Shown here: positions 1 through 9,981 of the stretch, in pieces
How the letters are laid out: every line of letters starts with the position of its first letter
How positions within the stretch are numbered: position 1 is the first letter of the stretch
Source of the DNA: Octopus bimaculoides
Lineage: Eukaryota
Length of the DNA stretch: 38,933 nucleotides
Direction of reading: 5' to 3'
Assembly: GCF_001194135.2 (NCBI RefSeq)
Contig: NC_068982.1
Coordinates: 111,709,398-111,748,330 of the forward strand
Program-made: the position numbers and the translations under genes
The notes under the pieces: generated by a model
What the model was told of the DNA's origin: nothing
The model's input: only the letters and a program-made list of their open reading frames with translations
Databases searched by the model: none

Positions 1-236
1 GGCTATGATGCTCCCCCACTACTTCTGCTCATGATCAGAGATGCACATATCGTCAGCCACCAAGGGACATGCTCAACTGGTTAAGGTCAAACAACTGACA
101 AGCAAATCTGTGGTATTAAGCAGAATATTTGCTGTAGCCCATCTTTTATACCAAGACAAAACAATGTACATGATAACACTTCCAATCAGTTAAGATCAGA
201 AGCCATGAGAGCCACTGCCTGGTACTGCATCAGGGC

Positions 237-279
<43 letters not shown>

Positions 280-350
280 CAGATCACTGCCTGGAATCGA
301 GCTTGGAATCTTGGGGTTAGTAGCCCGCGCTCTTAACCACTACGTCATGG
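1..350 (-). mobile_element. tRNA-headed SINE (family D) with internal (AAT)n; runs off the window start
   Basis: Reverse complement of 277-350 reads as a tRNA-like head (GTAGTGGTTAAGAGC A-box; GCTCGATTCC degenerate B-box), followed by (AAT)n at 238-276 and a body at 1-237. Joining head and body into one element is inference. Confidence 0.65.
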
Positions 351-440
351 GGTCAATTTGTTTCACTAAAAAGCCTTGACGGAGGTGATCCAGCATGACC
401 ACGGTCAAATAACTGAAACAGGTAAAAGAATAAAAGAATA
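351..440 (+). mobile_element. 3' tail fragment of SINE family A
   Basis: GGAGGTGATCCAGCATGACCACGGTCAAATAACTGAAACAGGTAAAAGAATAAAAGAATA matches the 3' end of the copy at 8678-9121. Confidence 0.75.
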
Positions 441-446
441 CACCCC

Positions 447-478
<32 letters not shown>

Positions 479-503
479 AATATACAGAGAGAGAGAGAGA
501 GAG
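447..503. repeat. (CTAT)n and (AG)n microsatellites
   Basis: Directly visible. Confidence 0.95.
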
Positions 504-782
504 GGGGGACTCTGTGATTCTTCTAGGTAGTACGTAGGTAGTACGTACGTTGATTGTACAGGTGAGCAGTAACTGTTGTAGCAGCAGAAGAAACAGAGAA
601 CCGGCGTATGATATGGGTAGATAGCAATTTTGGTGAATGGAGGTTTGTTTCTCATTCAAATAGCCTCAATTTTGGTAAAGATTGAAAAAACAAATGTTTG
701 TACAATACTGACATATAGCAGATTCTGCTTATGGGACCGAACACAGTTGTTTGACTACTAAAATATGCCTATTGATCCGTTT

Positions 783-1157
783 GAAAGAAAGTAAGAGAGA
801 AAGTGAGAGAGGAGAGACAGCAAAACAAACATTGTGAGAGAGAAAGATAGAGGGAGAGAGAAAGAGAAAGAGAGTGAGAGAGAAAGAGAAAGAGAGTGAG
901 ATAGTTAGAGAGCGAGGAAAGACAGAAAAACAAACATTGTGAGAGAGAAAAAGAGAGGGAGAGAGAAAGAGAAAGAGAGTGAGAGAGAAACAGAGAGAGA
1001 GAGAGTGTAAATAGAGAAAGAGTAAACAAAATAAACATGAAAAGAGAGGGAAAGAGAGAGAAGGAGAAAGAAGAGTTGTGTGTGTGTGTGTGAGAGAGAG
1101 AAAGAAGAGTTTGTGAGAGAGAGGGAGAGAGAGAAGGAAGAGTTTGTGTATGTGTGA

Positions 1158-1198
<41 letters not shown>

Positions 1199-1321
1199 TA
1201 AGTAGAGTTTGTGTGAGAGAGAGAGTGGGAGAAAGAAGAGTTTGTGTGAGAGAGAGAGAGAAAGTGGAGTTGTGAAAGAGATAGAGAGATATTAGCGATA
1301 GCTAGCTACATGTTAGAAGGG

Positions 1322-1352
<31 letters not shown>
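783..1352. repeat. Compound GA/GT-rich low-complexity tract
   Basis: Interrupted (GA)n and (GT)n runs, with a repeated AAACAAACATTGTGAGAGAGAAA unit near 823 and 928. Confidence 0.9.
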
Positions 1353-1356
<4 letters not shown>

Positions 1357-2397
1357 CAAAGATTCTTAGTAGACGTGTTACTCTACAGATTATTTCTGAC
1401 AAACAATCTATTTTCAAAGTAAATTTCAACTTAATTTAAGACCATGTATCCTCTTGAGGAGTTTGTCTTTGAGCGGAAGCCAACAAACTATAAGTCGAAT
1501 TTTATTGGCAGATAACCAATACAAACAAAAGATCGTTCATTTGTCTAATCTTCTCATTACTGGAACTTTTTAATTAATCACCCAAAGTCAGGGATGAGGT
1601 TTGAGCATGTACGGAAGCCAAATTTCTTAATTGAATTAATATATTCAGTACAGCATCTACAGATTCCACGATCATTAACTTTGCAAGAGAACAGGTTCAA
1701 CTGCCGTGTATACTGATTATTAATAAATTACGCAATTTTCAATGAATTGTCTTAATTTTAATTGTCGTTTGTATAGTCTGATAATGATTCTTTTGATTGG
1801 AAGTATAATTTACATTTAATATTTTGAAGGCTGCGATTTGTCAGAGACATTAGAGCTTCGAATAGAATGATTATGCGGTATGAGTTCAAATCCCGGCTTG
1901 GTTAACTTTGATATTCATCCTTTCAGTGTTCATAAATAAAGTACTTGTTCGTAGCGGTGTATTAACGGAATTATTTGAGCACCGCACTATATGATTTGTG
2001 GAACTGCTCCGGTTCTTTGCGCCCGATTTCAAATTCATCCAAAAAACTCCGCAAAATTCTTAGTAACTATAAAGTCATTATTACGATACACTGAAATGGA
2101 GTTTAATATAATAAAGAGGCTAATGAACTCTCAAAACTAGTAATGTTAGCAGTGATGTTAGCAATAATAACGGTGATGACACGAATATGAACGGTGGGTG
2201 AAGACATTAACGCTAAAAATGTCCATTGTGAATGATAGAAGTAATGCTTAATGATGAGAAAAACACCATGACGTGGGTTCACAAAGTTGGGCGGGGAAAT
2301 GTTTAGTTTTGGAAGAACTTAGCCAGCTGATAAAAATATAAAAAAAAAGATAAAAAAACGGGATTGGGACAGGGCTGGAAGTTTTTGATTCAGGTGA

Positions 2398-2856
2398 AGA
2401 CAGCAAGACAAAATCCTTGACCTAATTAAGGTTTCAAGAGAGCAGCAACTGTGGATGATTGTGGAAGGTGGAAAGTCTCGATGCTGCAACTGTGGAAACA
2501 CTCATAGGGTCAAGGCTTTCTGCCTTCGACGACGACGACGACAACAACAACAACAACAACAACAACAAGAAGAAAGGTATAGGAAAGCCTCCTCTACTGC
2601 CAATATCACAACTTCAACGCCAGCAACAACAGTAGAGACCTTAACTGAAACAGCTTCAGCAACTCCGACACCTACCCGACTAGAAACAGTACCAGTAGCA
2701 ACATCAATACCAAGAGTTGAAACAACGGCTACAAAACAAATATCATCCTCGGGAGCCATCACATCGTCAACAGCGATAGCAACTGAAAGCCCTCAAATAA
2801 TAACAACAAACAAAAGCACAATGACTCCTAAGACATGGATCGTTAGGTGTATTTGA
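2398..2856 (+). pseudogene. ORF1 remnant (degenerate gag-type zinc knuckle plus Thr/Ser-rich tail) of a Tx1/L1-clade LINE
   Basis: Frame reads QQDKILDLIKVSREQQLWMIVEGGKSRCCNCGNTHRVKAFC, resembling CX2CX4HX4C, and lies upstream of a same-strand endonuclease remnant. Confidence 0.55.
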
Positions 2857-3479
2857 GGAATCTAAATGGCTAAAAGCTATCAATGCAAAAGAAGAAACAA
2901 AAACACACCAACACAAAAAAAACAGGCAGGTACGTACAAATGAGGGAGATACTTTCGGATAACAATGCACCAATTCCATCCCAACGACTACACCTGTACT
3001 ATCAACATAATCTCCATTACCACCTTCACTTCTATTACAAACGTCATCAGTACAGGCACAAACCAAGACACAACAATAGTCAGATCACACACTCTAACAG
3101 GATCGAAAGGGTTAATTAACTACACGATCATAAACTAATGAAGAACTAATGAAGAATTAATGGAACACATGCACTAACATGCAATCATCACACACGCATT
3201 ACATTAACTAATAGCACTCCATTACATAAAAATCATCCAGATATCACACGTTTAGAACATCTTAAAAGATAAATATCTCAAAGGAATGGATGGCTTCAGG
3301 GGAAATCTATATAAAGAAGAGACTATATAAAGAACTCCTTGTGGAAATCTTCAAATTCTGCTGGGGAGACGAGATACCTGTCCCTCCATAGGAATAAGGT
3401 TAGTGATTGTTTCTCACCTTCCTCCTTCTACTCAACATGGCCTTACTCAGTGTAGGTATAGCCTGGATTTCCTGAATGT

Positions 3480-4030
3480 GCCACTGTAGATAGGGACAAA
3501 CGGTATCAATCCACCCAGATCATATCTAGATAGAGTATTGTGTAGGCTAGTAGATTGGGATAGCATAAGTTGTCCTCATTCTAAACTCGTCGGCTACACA
3601 AACCACAAATTTGTTACTTGTATGGTTGATCTAGATAGGCTTCGTAGACAGGGACCCGGTTACAGTAAGCTGAACGCGTTGTTTACGGTGTGCCGAGCTC
3701 ACAAAGATCGGATTAGCAAATTAACTAAACGAGCGTTGACGGAGGAAATTATCAACAACAAAACAACAAATGGTGGTTTTCCTTACAAAGGGCATTTAGA
3801 ATAGACTCGATAGGGTTTAGTAAGATCGTAGAGATAGAGAAAAATAGAACAGAGAGCGTCTTTGAGACTTAGAAGAGGCACTTAGGAATTGCATCGCAAC
3901 TGACGTGCTAGCGATGAGATTGGCTCTCAATAGTTCTTCACCGCGTAGAATGACGTCTGCTTTATCAGAGCTAAGACACTAGGGAATGAAGGCTGCATTG
4001 TCAGAGCTAAAGTGCATGCTTTAAGACACA
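3480..4030 (+). mobile_element. Decayed Tx1/L1-clade LINE ORF2 (C-terminal part of APE endonuclease and following linker)
   Basis: RSYLDRVLCR...VGYTNHKFV...QGPGYSKLN corresponds to the xRIDxxxx...SDH...GxWKLN motifs of L1/Tx1 ORF2. After frameshifts it continues NKWWFSLQRAFRIDSI...EGCIVRAKV. Confidence 0.75.
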
Positions 4031-4182
4031 AAGAGGCCTTGTTAATCGACCTGGCTTTCGTGCTCTGAGTTCAAATCGCACTGAAATGAAATTGCGCTTC
4101 ATCCCAGAAGTCTCTTCGAAGTCTCTTTCACCACTCTTGTAAAAGTTTAATGTACATACACATACATACACACAACATACAT

Positions 4183-4183
<1 letters not shown>

Positions 4184-4230
<47 letters not shown>
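4184..4230. repeat. (TG)n microsatellite
   Basis: Directly visible. Confidence 0.95.
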
Positions 4231-4233
<3 letters not shown>

Positions 4234-4398
4234 TAATCACAGAAATCACACAAACATGATCCACGGCTTAGTTCGGTCGGGTTTGGTGCATGCGATTACT
4301 CGAAGGGTCGACTGAGTGAAACTATAGTTCGAACTTACATCAATTTTGTATACATTGCATTAATTTATAATCATATATACATATATATACATATGCAT

Positions 4399-4432
<34 letters not shown>

Positions 4433-4845
4433 NNNNNNNNNNNNNNNNNNNNNNNNNNNNNNNNNNNNNNNNNNNNNNNNNNNNNNNNNNNNNNNNNNNN
4501 NNNNNNNNNNNNNNNNNNNNNNNNNNNNNNNNNNNNNNNNNNNNNNNNNNNNNNNNNNNNNNNNNNNNNNNNNNNNNNNNNNNNNNNNNNNNNNNNNNNN
4601 NNNNNNNNNNNNNNNNNNNNNNNNNNNNNNNNNNNNNNNNNNNNNNNNNNNNNNNNNNNNNNNNNNNNNNNNNNNNNNNNNNNNNNNNNNNNNNNNNNNN
4701 NNNNNNNNNNNNNNNNNNNNNNNNNNNNNNNNNNNNNNNNNNNNNNNNNNNNNNNNNNNNNNNNNNNNNNNNNNNNNNNNNNNNNNNNNNNNNNNNNNNN
4801 NNNNNNNNNNNNNNNNNNNNNNNNNNNNNNNNNNNNNNNNNNNNN
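4433..4845. other. Assembly gap flanked by (CT)n and (AT)n
   Basis: N run. Confidence 1.
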
Positions 4846-4889
<44 letters not shown>

Positions 4890-5064
4890 ATGTATGTACT
4901 TGTGTGTGTGTAATCTATTTGTTATTGAGCTATATAAGTAACTGAAAGTCCTGGAGTTTTATGTCAAATCATTTCTAAAGTTTGGCAAGTGGTTTGTCAT
5001 GAAACTTTAGGCTCCTAGAACCATGAAACTTCACAGCATATAAATTATCGATGTTTTGCTTTAT

Positions 5065-5250
5065 ACGGGTTGTACTTGCAATGAAAAGGCCCAGCTTTAT
5101 GACACATTGCGTTACGCTAATTCATCCTGAGAGTTACATTAAGGCACTCGCAAACGTAGAATAAGGATATAATTACCTTGTTAAATGAGTAATCACTTTC
5201 GATGATCTAACAGTTGGAACGTTCGTCGTCAAAATCAACAGAGATCCATT
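5065..5250 (+). mobile_element. Diverged 3' body of a family C-like SINE
   Basis: AAGGCCCAGCTTTATGACACATTGCGTTACGCTAATTCATCCTGAGAGTTACATTAAGG resembles 18337-18400. Confidence 0.45.
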
Positions 5251-5274
5251 ATTATTTAAGTATTATTTCACTTG

Positions 5275-5520
5275 TGAAGGCGCGTGGCCTGGTAGTTAGG
5301 GTGTTGTACTCATGATTACAAGATCATGATTTCGATTCCCGAACTGAGCGGTGTGGTGGGTTCTTGACTAAAGCACTCCATTTCTCGTTGCTCTGCGATC
5401 ATTACGACACCTAAAGTGTACAGGTAATGACGATTTGATATTAAGCTAACGCATTGTACGTAAGTGTTCATCACTATAAACAAATCATCTATGCTGGTTG
5501 TTCAGCAAGAAGTTGCGGAA
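5275..5520 (+). mobile_element. tRNA-headed SINE (family C)
   Basis: GAAGGCGCGTGGCCTGGTAGTTAGG...TTCGATTCCC A/B boxes; homologous to 29117-29390. Confidence 0.7.
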
Positions 5521-6009
5521 TTATCTTTCTCGGACTCGAGAAATTACCATCGAGTCCAAAATTAAATTAAATTATTTCACTTGCAAGAACCTCTATCAAT
5601 AATTTTCAATTTAAAATATTGTGTTTTTTTTTTTGCCTAGTTAAAATAACTAAATGAATTACAAAGAAAGACATTAATGAATCATCCAGCTATATTAATC
5701 GAAACCGGCTCGTCTGCTCGACCTTCTTCGAGAACTTATCTTTCCTTCTATCTGTTATGTCTCAAGCTACTGCTATCTCGCACCTTCGGATGATCTCTAC
5801 TCAACCGCTACTCGACTGCTCCTCGTCAGCTACTCAACCCCTCTACCACGGCTAGACTACTTATATTTATATGTCTTGGGCGACCTACTTCTTCACTTGG
5901 GGGCGTCGACACAACACTATCACAACCACCGCAGCTTTCTAAATATCGATCTCTTACGCTGATCACATACATTAGAGGAGTATAATTGATTAAATCTGTG
6001 TAAGTATAA

Positions 6010-6140
6010 GATTGGTACCAAATTTTCATTGACCGAGGAGAGATGAAAGGCAAGGTCGAACTTGGTGGGATTTGAACTTAAAATGTAAAGAGATACAACA
6101 CAACGTGAAATTTGTTTTGAGGCGCTATTTTATTCCCGTC
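6010..6140 (-). mobile_element. Diverged SINE family B fragment
   Basis: GATGAAAGGCAAGGTCGAACTTGGTGGGATTTGAACT is the reverse complement of the family B core. Confidence 0.55.
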
Positions 6141-6300
6141 GCACATTTTCTGCTCATATGTACAACTATTGACTTAATATTTAGACTCAAGGTCTCAAAC
6201 TTAGAGGAGCAATAAGATTAGGTGTTAATATTGTTCTAAATTTTATAAGATCTGTGATGGAATTCAACAACTTAAAATTTGATAAACTAATTCAGGTATA

Positions 6301-6394
6301 AGATTGTTTAAAAGTATATTCTTACGGTTTTGTGAAAAGGAGTATGATATATTCTCCGACCTCGACATGATCCGAATGCTTACTACAGAAGAGG
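6301..6394 (+). repeat. Left arm of a 94-bp inverted repeat of unknown origin
   Basis: Ungapped match to the reverse complement of 7081-7174; 12 mismatches by manual count. Confidence 0.9.
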
Positions 6395-6834
6395 CTCTGC
6401 TAAAGTCAGTTAAGGGCCTGGCAATGATATTGAAATGGATGAAAGGAGGACTGGGCATATCACTTCAGAACAGGTACAGTCGGTCTGATGGACTTCCATA
6501 TAGACAACATAGGTTGTCCTGGGACTATAGGAAAAGATTCTAGTGTCAACCATCGCATAATGAGACCACTTTCGGAACCATATGAATACGAAGTGAGTTT
6601 CTTAACTAGACAGCTGTAACTATGTATATAAGGTGAATCCTGCCATTCCTTCACCTGTTGTGACTAATTGCATATATATTCTATATTAATAATGTGCCAT
6701 ATGTTTCTAGAAAATATTCGATATATCAAGAATTAAATAAGCACTATTGTATCAAAATACTATGCAAACAGATTTAGTGACGTAATAACACAATACTGTT
6801 TAACGAATTCTTAGCAAAATTACTTTAAACCAGT

Positions 6835-6990
6835 AGATCTGAATTCTCGGTCGTTAGAGCGTTGGACAATTTCCTTGCAATACCATTCCTACTCTTTGGG
6901 TTCTGAATTCAAACTCAATTGACACCAACTCTGCTTTTCATCGATCCGGAGTCGATAAATGAAGTAACAGTTACGTACTGAGGTCGATTT
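6835..6990 (+). mobile_element. Diverged SINE family B
   Basis: GTTCTGAATTCAAA...CTTTTCATC...GGAGTCGATAAA...GTACTGAGGTCGAT core. Confidence 0.55.
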
Positions 6991-7080
6991 TTCTTACAGA
7001 AGATGTGATGATGTTGCGGGAAACTACCTGCAGTGTTCCATTCTTTAAGAAAAATGGAAGAGGGATGAGTGAAGGGTGAG

Positions 7081-7174
7081 CCTATTCTGTAGTAAACATT
7101 CGGATCATGTCGAGATCAGAGGATATATCATTCTTCATTTTACAAAACCATAAGAATATACCTTTAAGCAATCT
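7081..7174 (-). repeat. Right arm of the 94-bp inverted repeat
   Basis: See 6301-6394. Confidence 0.9.
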
Positions 7175-8021
7175 AGTACTAGAAAAAAGCCCTATAAAGA
7201 CATCTATAAAAAACCTATAAAGAACATGGCTAGTGTGGGCAGGACGATATGTTGCATGGCTCGGAACAGTTTTAGAAAAAGGCTTAAATTGAAGAATAAA
7301 TGGTATGGCAATATAACCGACCAGACTGTAGATATACAATGGACATTTTTGATACCTAATATTGTATCCTAATATAAAACATAAACTGAATTTAACAGAA
7401 TATGTATCTTTTAAATACTATCATTACTCTACCATGACGGCAATTTCCTTTAAACAAAGCTGCCATTTTAGATTAGAATCAGTTAATGTAAATTTTGCTA
7501 TCAACATCTCTCATAACTTATATGACGTCAGCCCTGGATTCTTATTACATTTTAGACAAATTACATTCTTGTTATTTACTAGCATCGCATAAACGAGACA
7601 AAATATGCACAAAATATAAATTTCAGCTGAGGTCAAAACAACGCCTGAATTTAGTTTGACTAACGTTGCCAATAGATCTGGCGTTAGTCTAGTTGAGCCA
7701 ATTTTCCCTAAAATTAGGCTAACATTTTGAAATATATCCAATTTCCGCCATTTCCATGCAGCTCTATCCAAATAACAAAGCCAAAATAACCTCTCTATAT
7801 TAGGGAGAAACTTAGAAAATATAATTATAGAACAATAACTTTTCTTTGGTGATTTCTCACATATTTTGAGTTTCTTCATTATTATCACTGTTAATCAAAT
7901 ATGTCAACACTGTTAAGATTACTTTTATCACTATAAACACTACCCTTATCACCAACATTGCCGTCATCTTTGTTAACATTACTGTTAGGTAACTGATGTC
8001 GAAATAGCAGTAGCCATTGTT

Positions 8022-8259
8022 AATATTCTTTTCTACTCTAGGCACAAGGCCTGGCAGAAACGTTAGAACGCCGGGTGAAATGCATAGCAGTATTTCGTCT
8101 GCCGCTACGTTCTGAGTTCAAATTCTGCCGAGGTCGACTTTGCCTTTCATCCTTTCGGGGTCGATAAAATAAGTACCAGCTGTGTATTGAGGTCGATCTA
8201 ATCGACTGGCCCCCTCCCCCAAAATTTCGGGCCTTGTGCCTAAAGTGGAAAAGAATATT
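8022..8259 (+). mobile_element. SINE family B copy bracketed by 30-bp inverted repeats
   Basis: TGGCAGAAACGTTAG A-box, GAGTTCAAATTC B-box, GTCGATCTAATCGAC hairpin; 8022-8051 and 8230-8259 are reverse complements at 28/30. Confidence 0.9.
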
Positions 8260-8677
8260 GCTCTAATCGCTATGGCTAACCATTGACATTGTTATCATCA
8301 CTGTTATCATATCTCAGTGTTAAAATCGCTTTTTTTCCTCCCTGCTAGCTGACATCAAAGCTAAAATCGTTGCCATTCCCCATCGCTGATCTTGCTCTCA
8401 TCACTCAACAGTAACAAGAGTGACATCACTCACCGTTCTCAAAACAAATTATCACCGTTATCGTTGATGCCATAACTCGCAGTTAACATTAGTGTCAACC
8501 CTTACAACTAATATTGTTTCCATTACTGTTAATATTGCTCTTACCATTCATAATCAACAGTGATGGCATAACTTAATGTTAGTATTGCTGTTATCGCTCA
8601 GCGTTAAAATTCTTGTCATCCCAGTTAACATTCCTGATGTCAAAGTTAAAATCACTTTCATCACACACAGTTAACAT

Positions 8678-8841
8678 AGGCGCAGGAGTGGCTGTGTGGT
8701 AAGTAGCTTGCTTACCAACCACATGGTTCCGGGTTCAGTCCCACTGCATGGCACCTTGGGCAAGTGTCTTCTACTATATCTTCGTGCCAACCAAAGCCTT
8801 GTGAGTGGATTTGGTAGACGGAAACTGAAAGAAGTCCGTCG

Positions 8842-8902
<61 letters not shown>

Positions 8903-9121
8903 TTGTGTGTCTGTGTTTGACCCCCCCCCCTCCTAACATCACTTGACAACCGATGCTGGTGTGTTTACGTCCCCGTAACTTAGTGGTTCGGCAAAAGAGA
9001 CCGATAGAATAAGTACTAGGCTTACAAAGAATAAGTCCTGGTGTCGATTTGCTCGACTAAAGGCGGTGCTCCAGCATGGCCACTGCCAAATGACTGAAAC
9101 AAGTAAAAGAGTAAAAGAGTA
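8678..9121 (+). mobile_element. Full-length tRNA-derived SINE (family A) with CORE-like block and internal (TA)n(TG)n
   Basis: TGGCTGTGTGGTAAG A-box, GGTTCAGTCCC B-box, ACCTTGGGCAAGTGTCTT CORE-like block, (GTAAAAGA)n tail; several homologues in the window. Confidence 0.9.
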
Positions 9122-9299
9122 TTGCTGCTATCACATTCTATCAACATACTGTCAGCAGCTGCATTGCTGTCAACACTTCCTGTTAACATTGCTGTCATCA
9201 CTGTTAATGTTGGTATCAGTAGTGTTAACACTGACGTTTTCACTGAACGTTAAAAATGTTGTTACTATTGTCAACTATATGTGACGTTATTCATTAGTC

Positions 9300-9505
9300 A
9301 AGCAGAATCGTTAGCACGCCGGGCGAAACGATAAGCGTCCTTTCGTCCGTCCTTACGTTTTGAGTTCAAATTCCACCGAGATCGACTTTACCTTTCATCC
9401 TATTGGGATCGATAAATCAAATAGTAGTTGAACACAGGGGTCGATTTAATCGTCTTACCCACTCGCTCCAAATTGCTGACCTTGTGCTTAAAATAAAAAT
9501 GATTA
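9300..9505 (+). mobile_element. SINE family B
   Basis: GCAGAATCGTTAGCACGCCGGGCGAAA...GAGTTCAAATTCC...GGGGTCGATTTAATCG...CCTTGTGC. Confidence 0.85.
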
Positions 9506-9795
9506 TTCGCGTTAGCATTGCTGGCATCACTATTAACATCAATCACACAGCTGTCATTGCTTACTGTTAAGCTCTGCTTCTATCAATCTCCGTTAACATT
9601 GTGGTAGTTGCTGTTAATGATGCTGTTATCAACTTTAATACTGCTGTCATCACTTCTAACCTTGTTTTCATCTCTTCCTGTTAAGATTTGTCATCAATCC
9701 TAAACATGCTGTTATCATTGTTGTTATGGCTGTCATTACAGTTAACATTGTTCTCATCACACACCGTTAAAATTGATGTAATAATCACAGTTAAT

Positions 9796-9981
9796 ATATA
9801 TATACATATATACATATATACGACAGGCGTCTTTCAGTTTCCGTCTACCAAATCCACTCACAAGGCTTTGGTCGGCCCGAGGCTATAGAAGACACTTGCC
9901 CAAGATGCCACGCAGTGGGACTGAACCCGGAACCATGTGGTTGGTAAGCAAGCTACTTACCACACAGCCACTCCTACGCCT
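9796..9981 (-). mobile_element. SINE family A, 5' half ending in the internal microsatellite
   Basis: Near-identical reverse complement of 8678-8860. Confidence 0.9.

Noticed and set aside
277-350. Possible tRNA gene
   Set aside because: Degenerate B-box, no convincing acceptor stem, and it continues into a repeat body; treated as a SINE head.
2455-2856. Host mucin-like gene
   Set aside because: No signal peptide; the zinc-knuckle context and downstream endonuclease remnant favour LINE ORF1.
5700-5990. LTR-like segment with a minus-strand TATA
   Set aside because: No partner LTR, TG...CA termini, PBS or PPT identified.
6376-6400. TPR-like peptide PNAYYRRGSAK
   Set aside because: The frame is riddled with stops and the motif is too short to support homology.
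7511-7888. 125-aa minus-strand ORF
   Set aside because: No recognisable motif; it begins within the minisatellite, and this length is plausible by chance.
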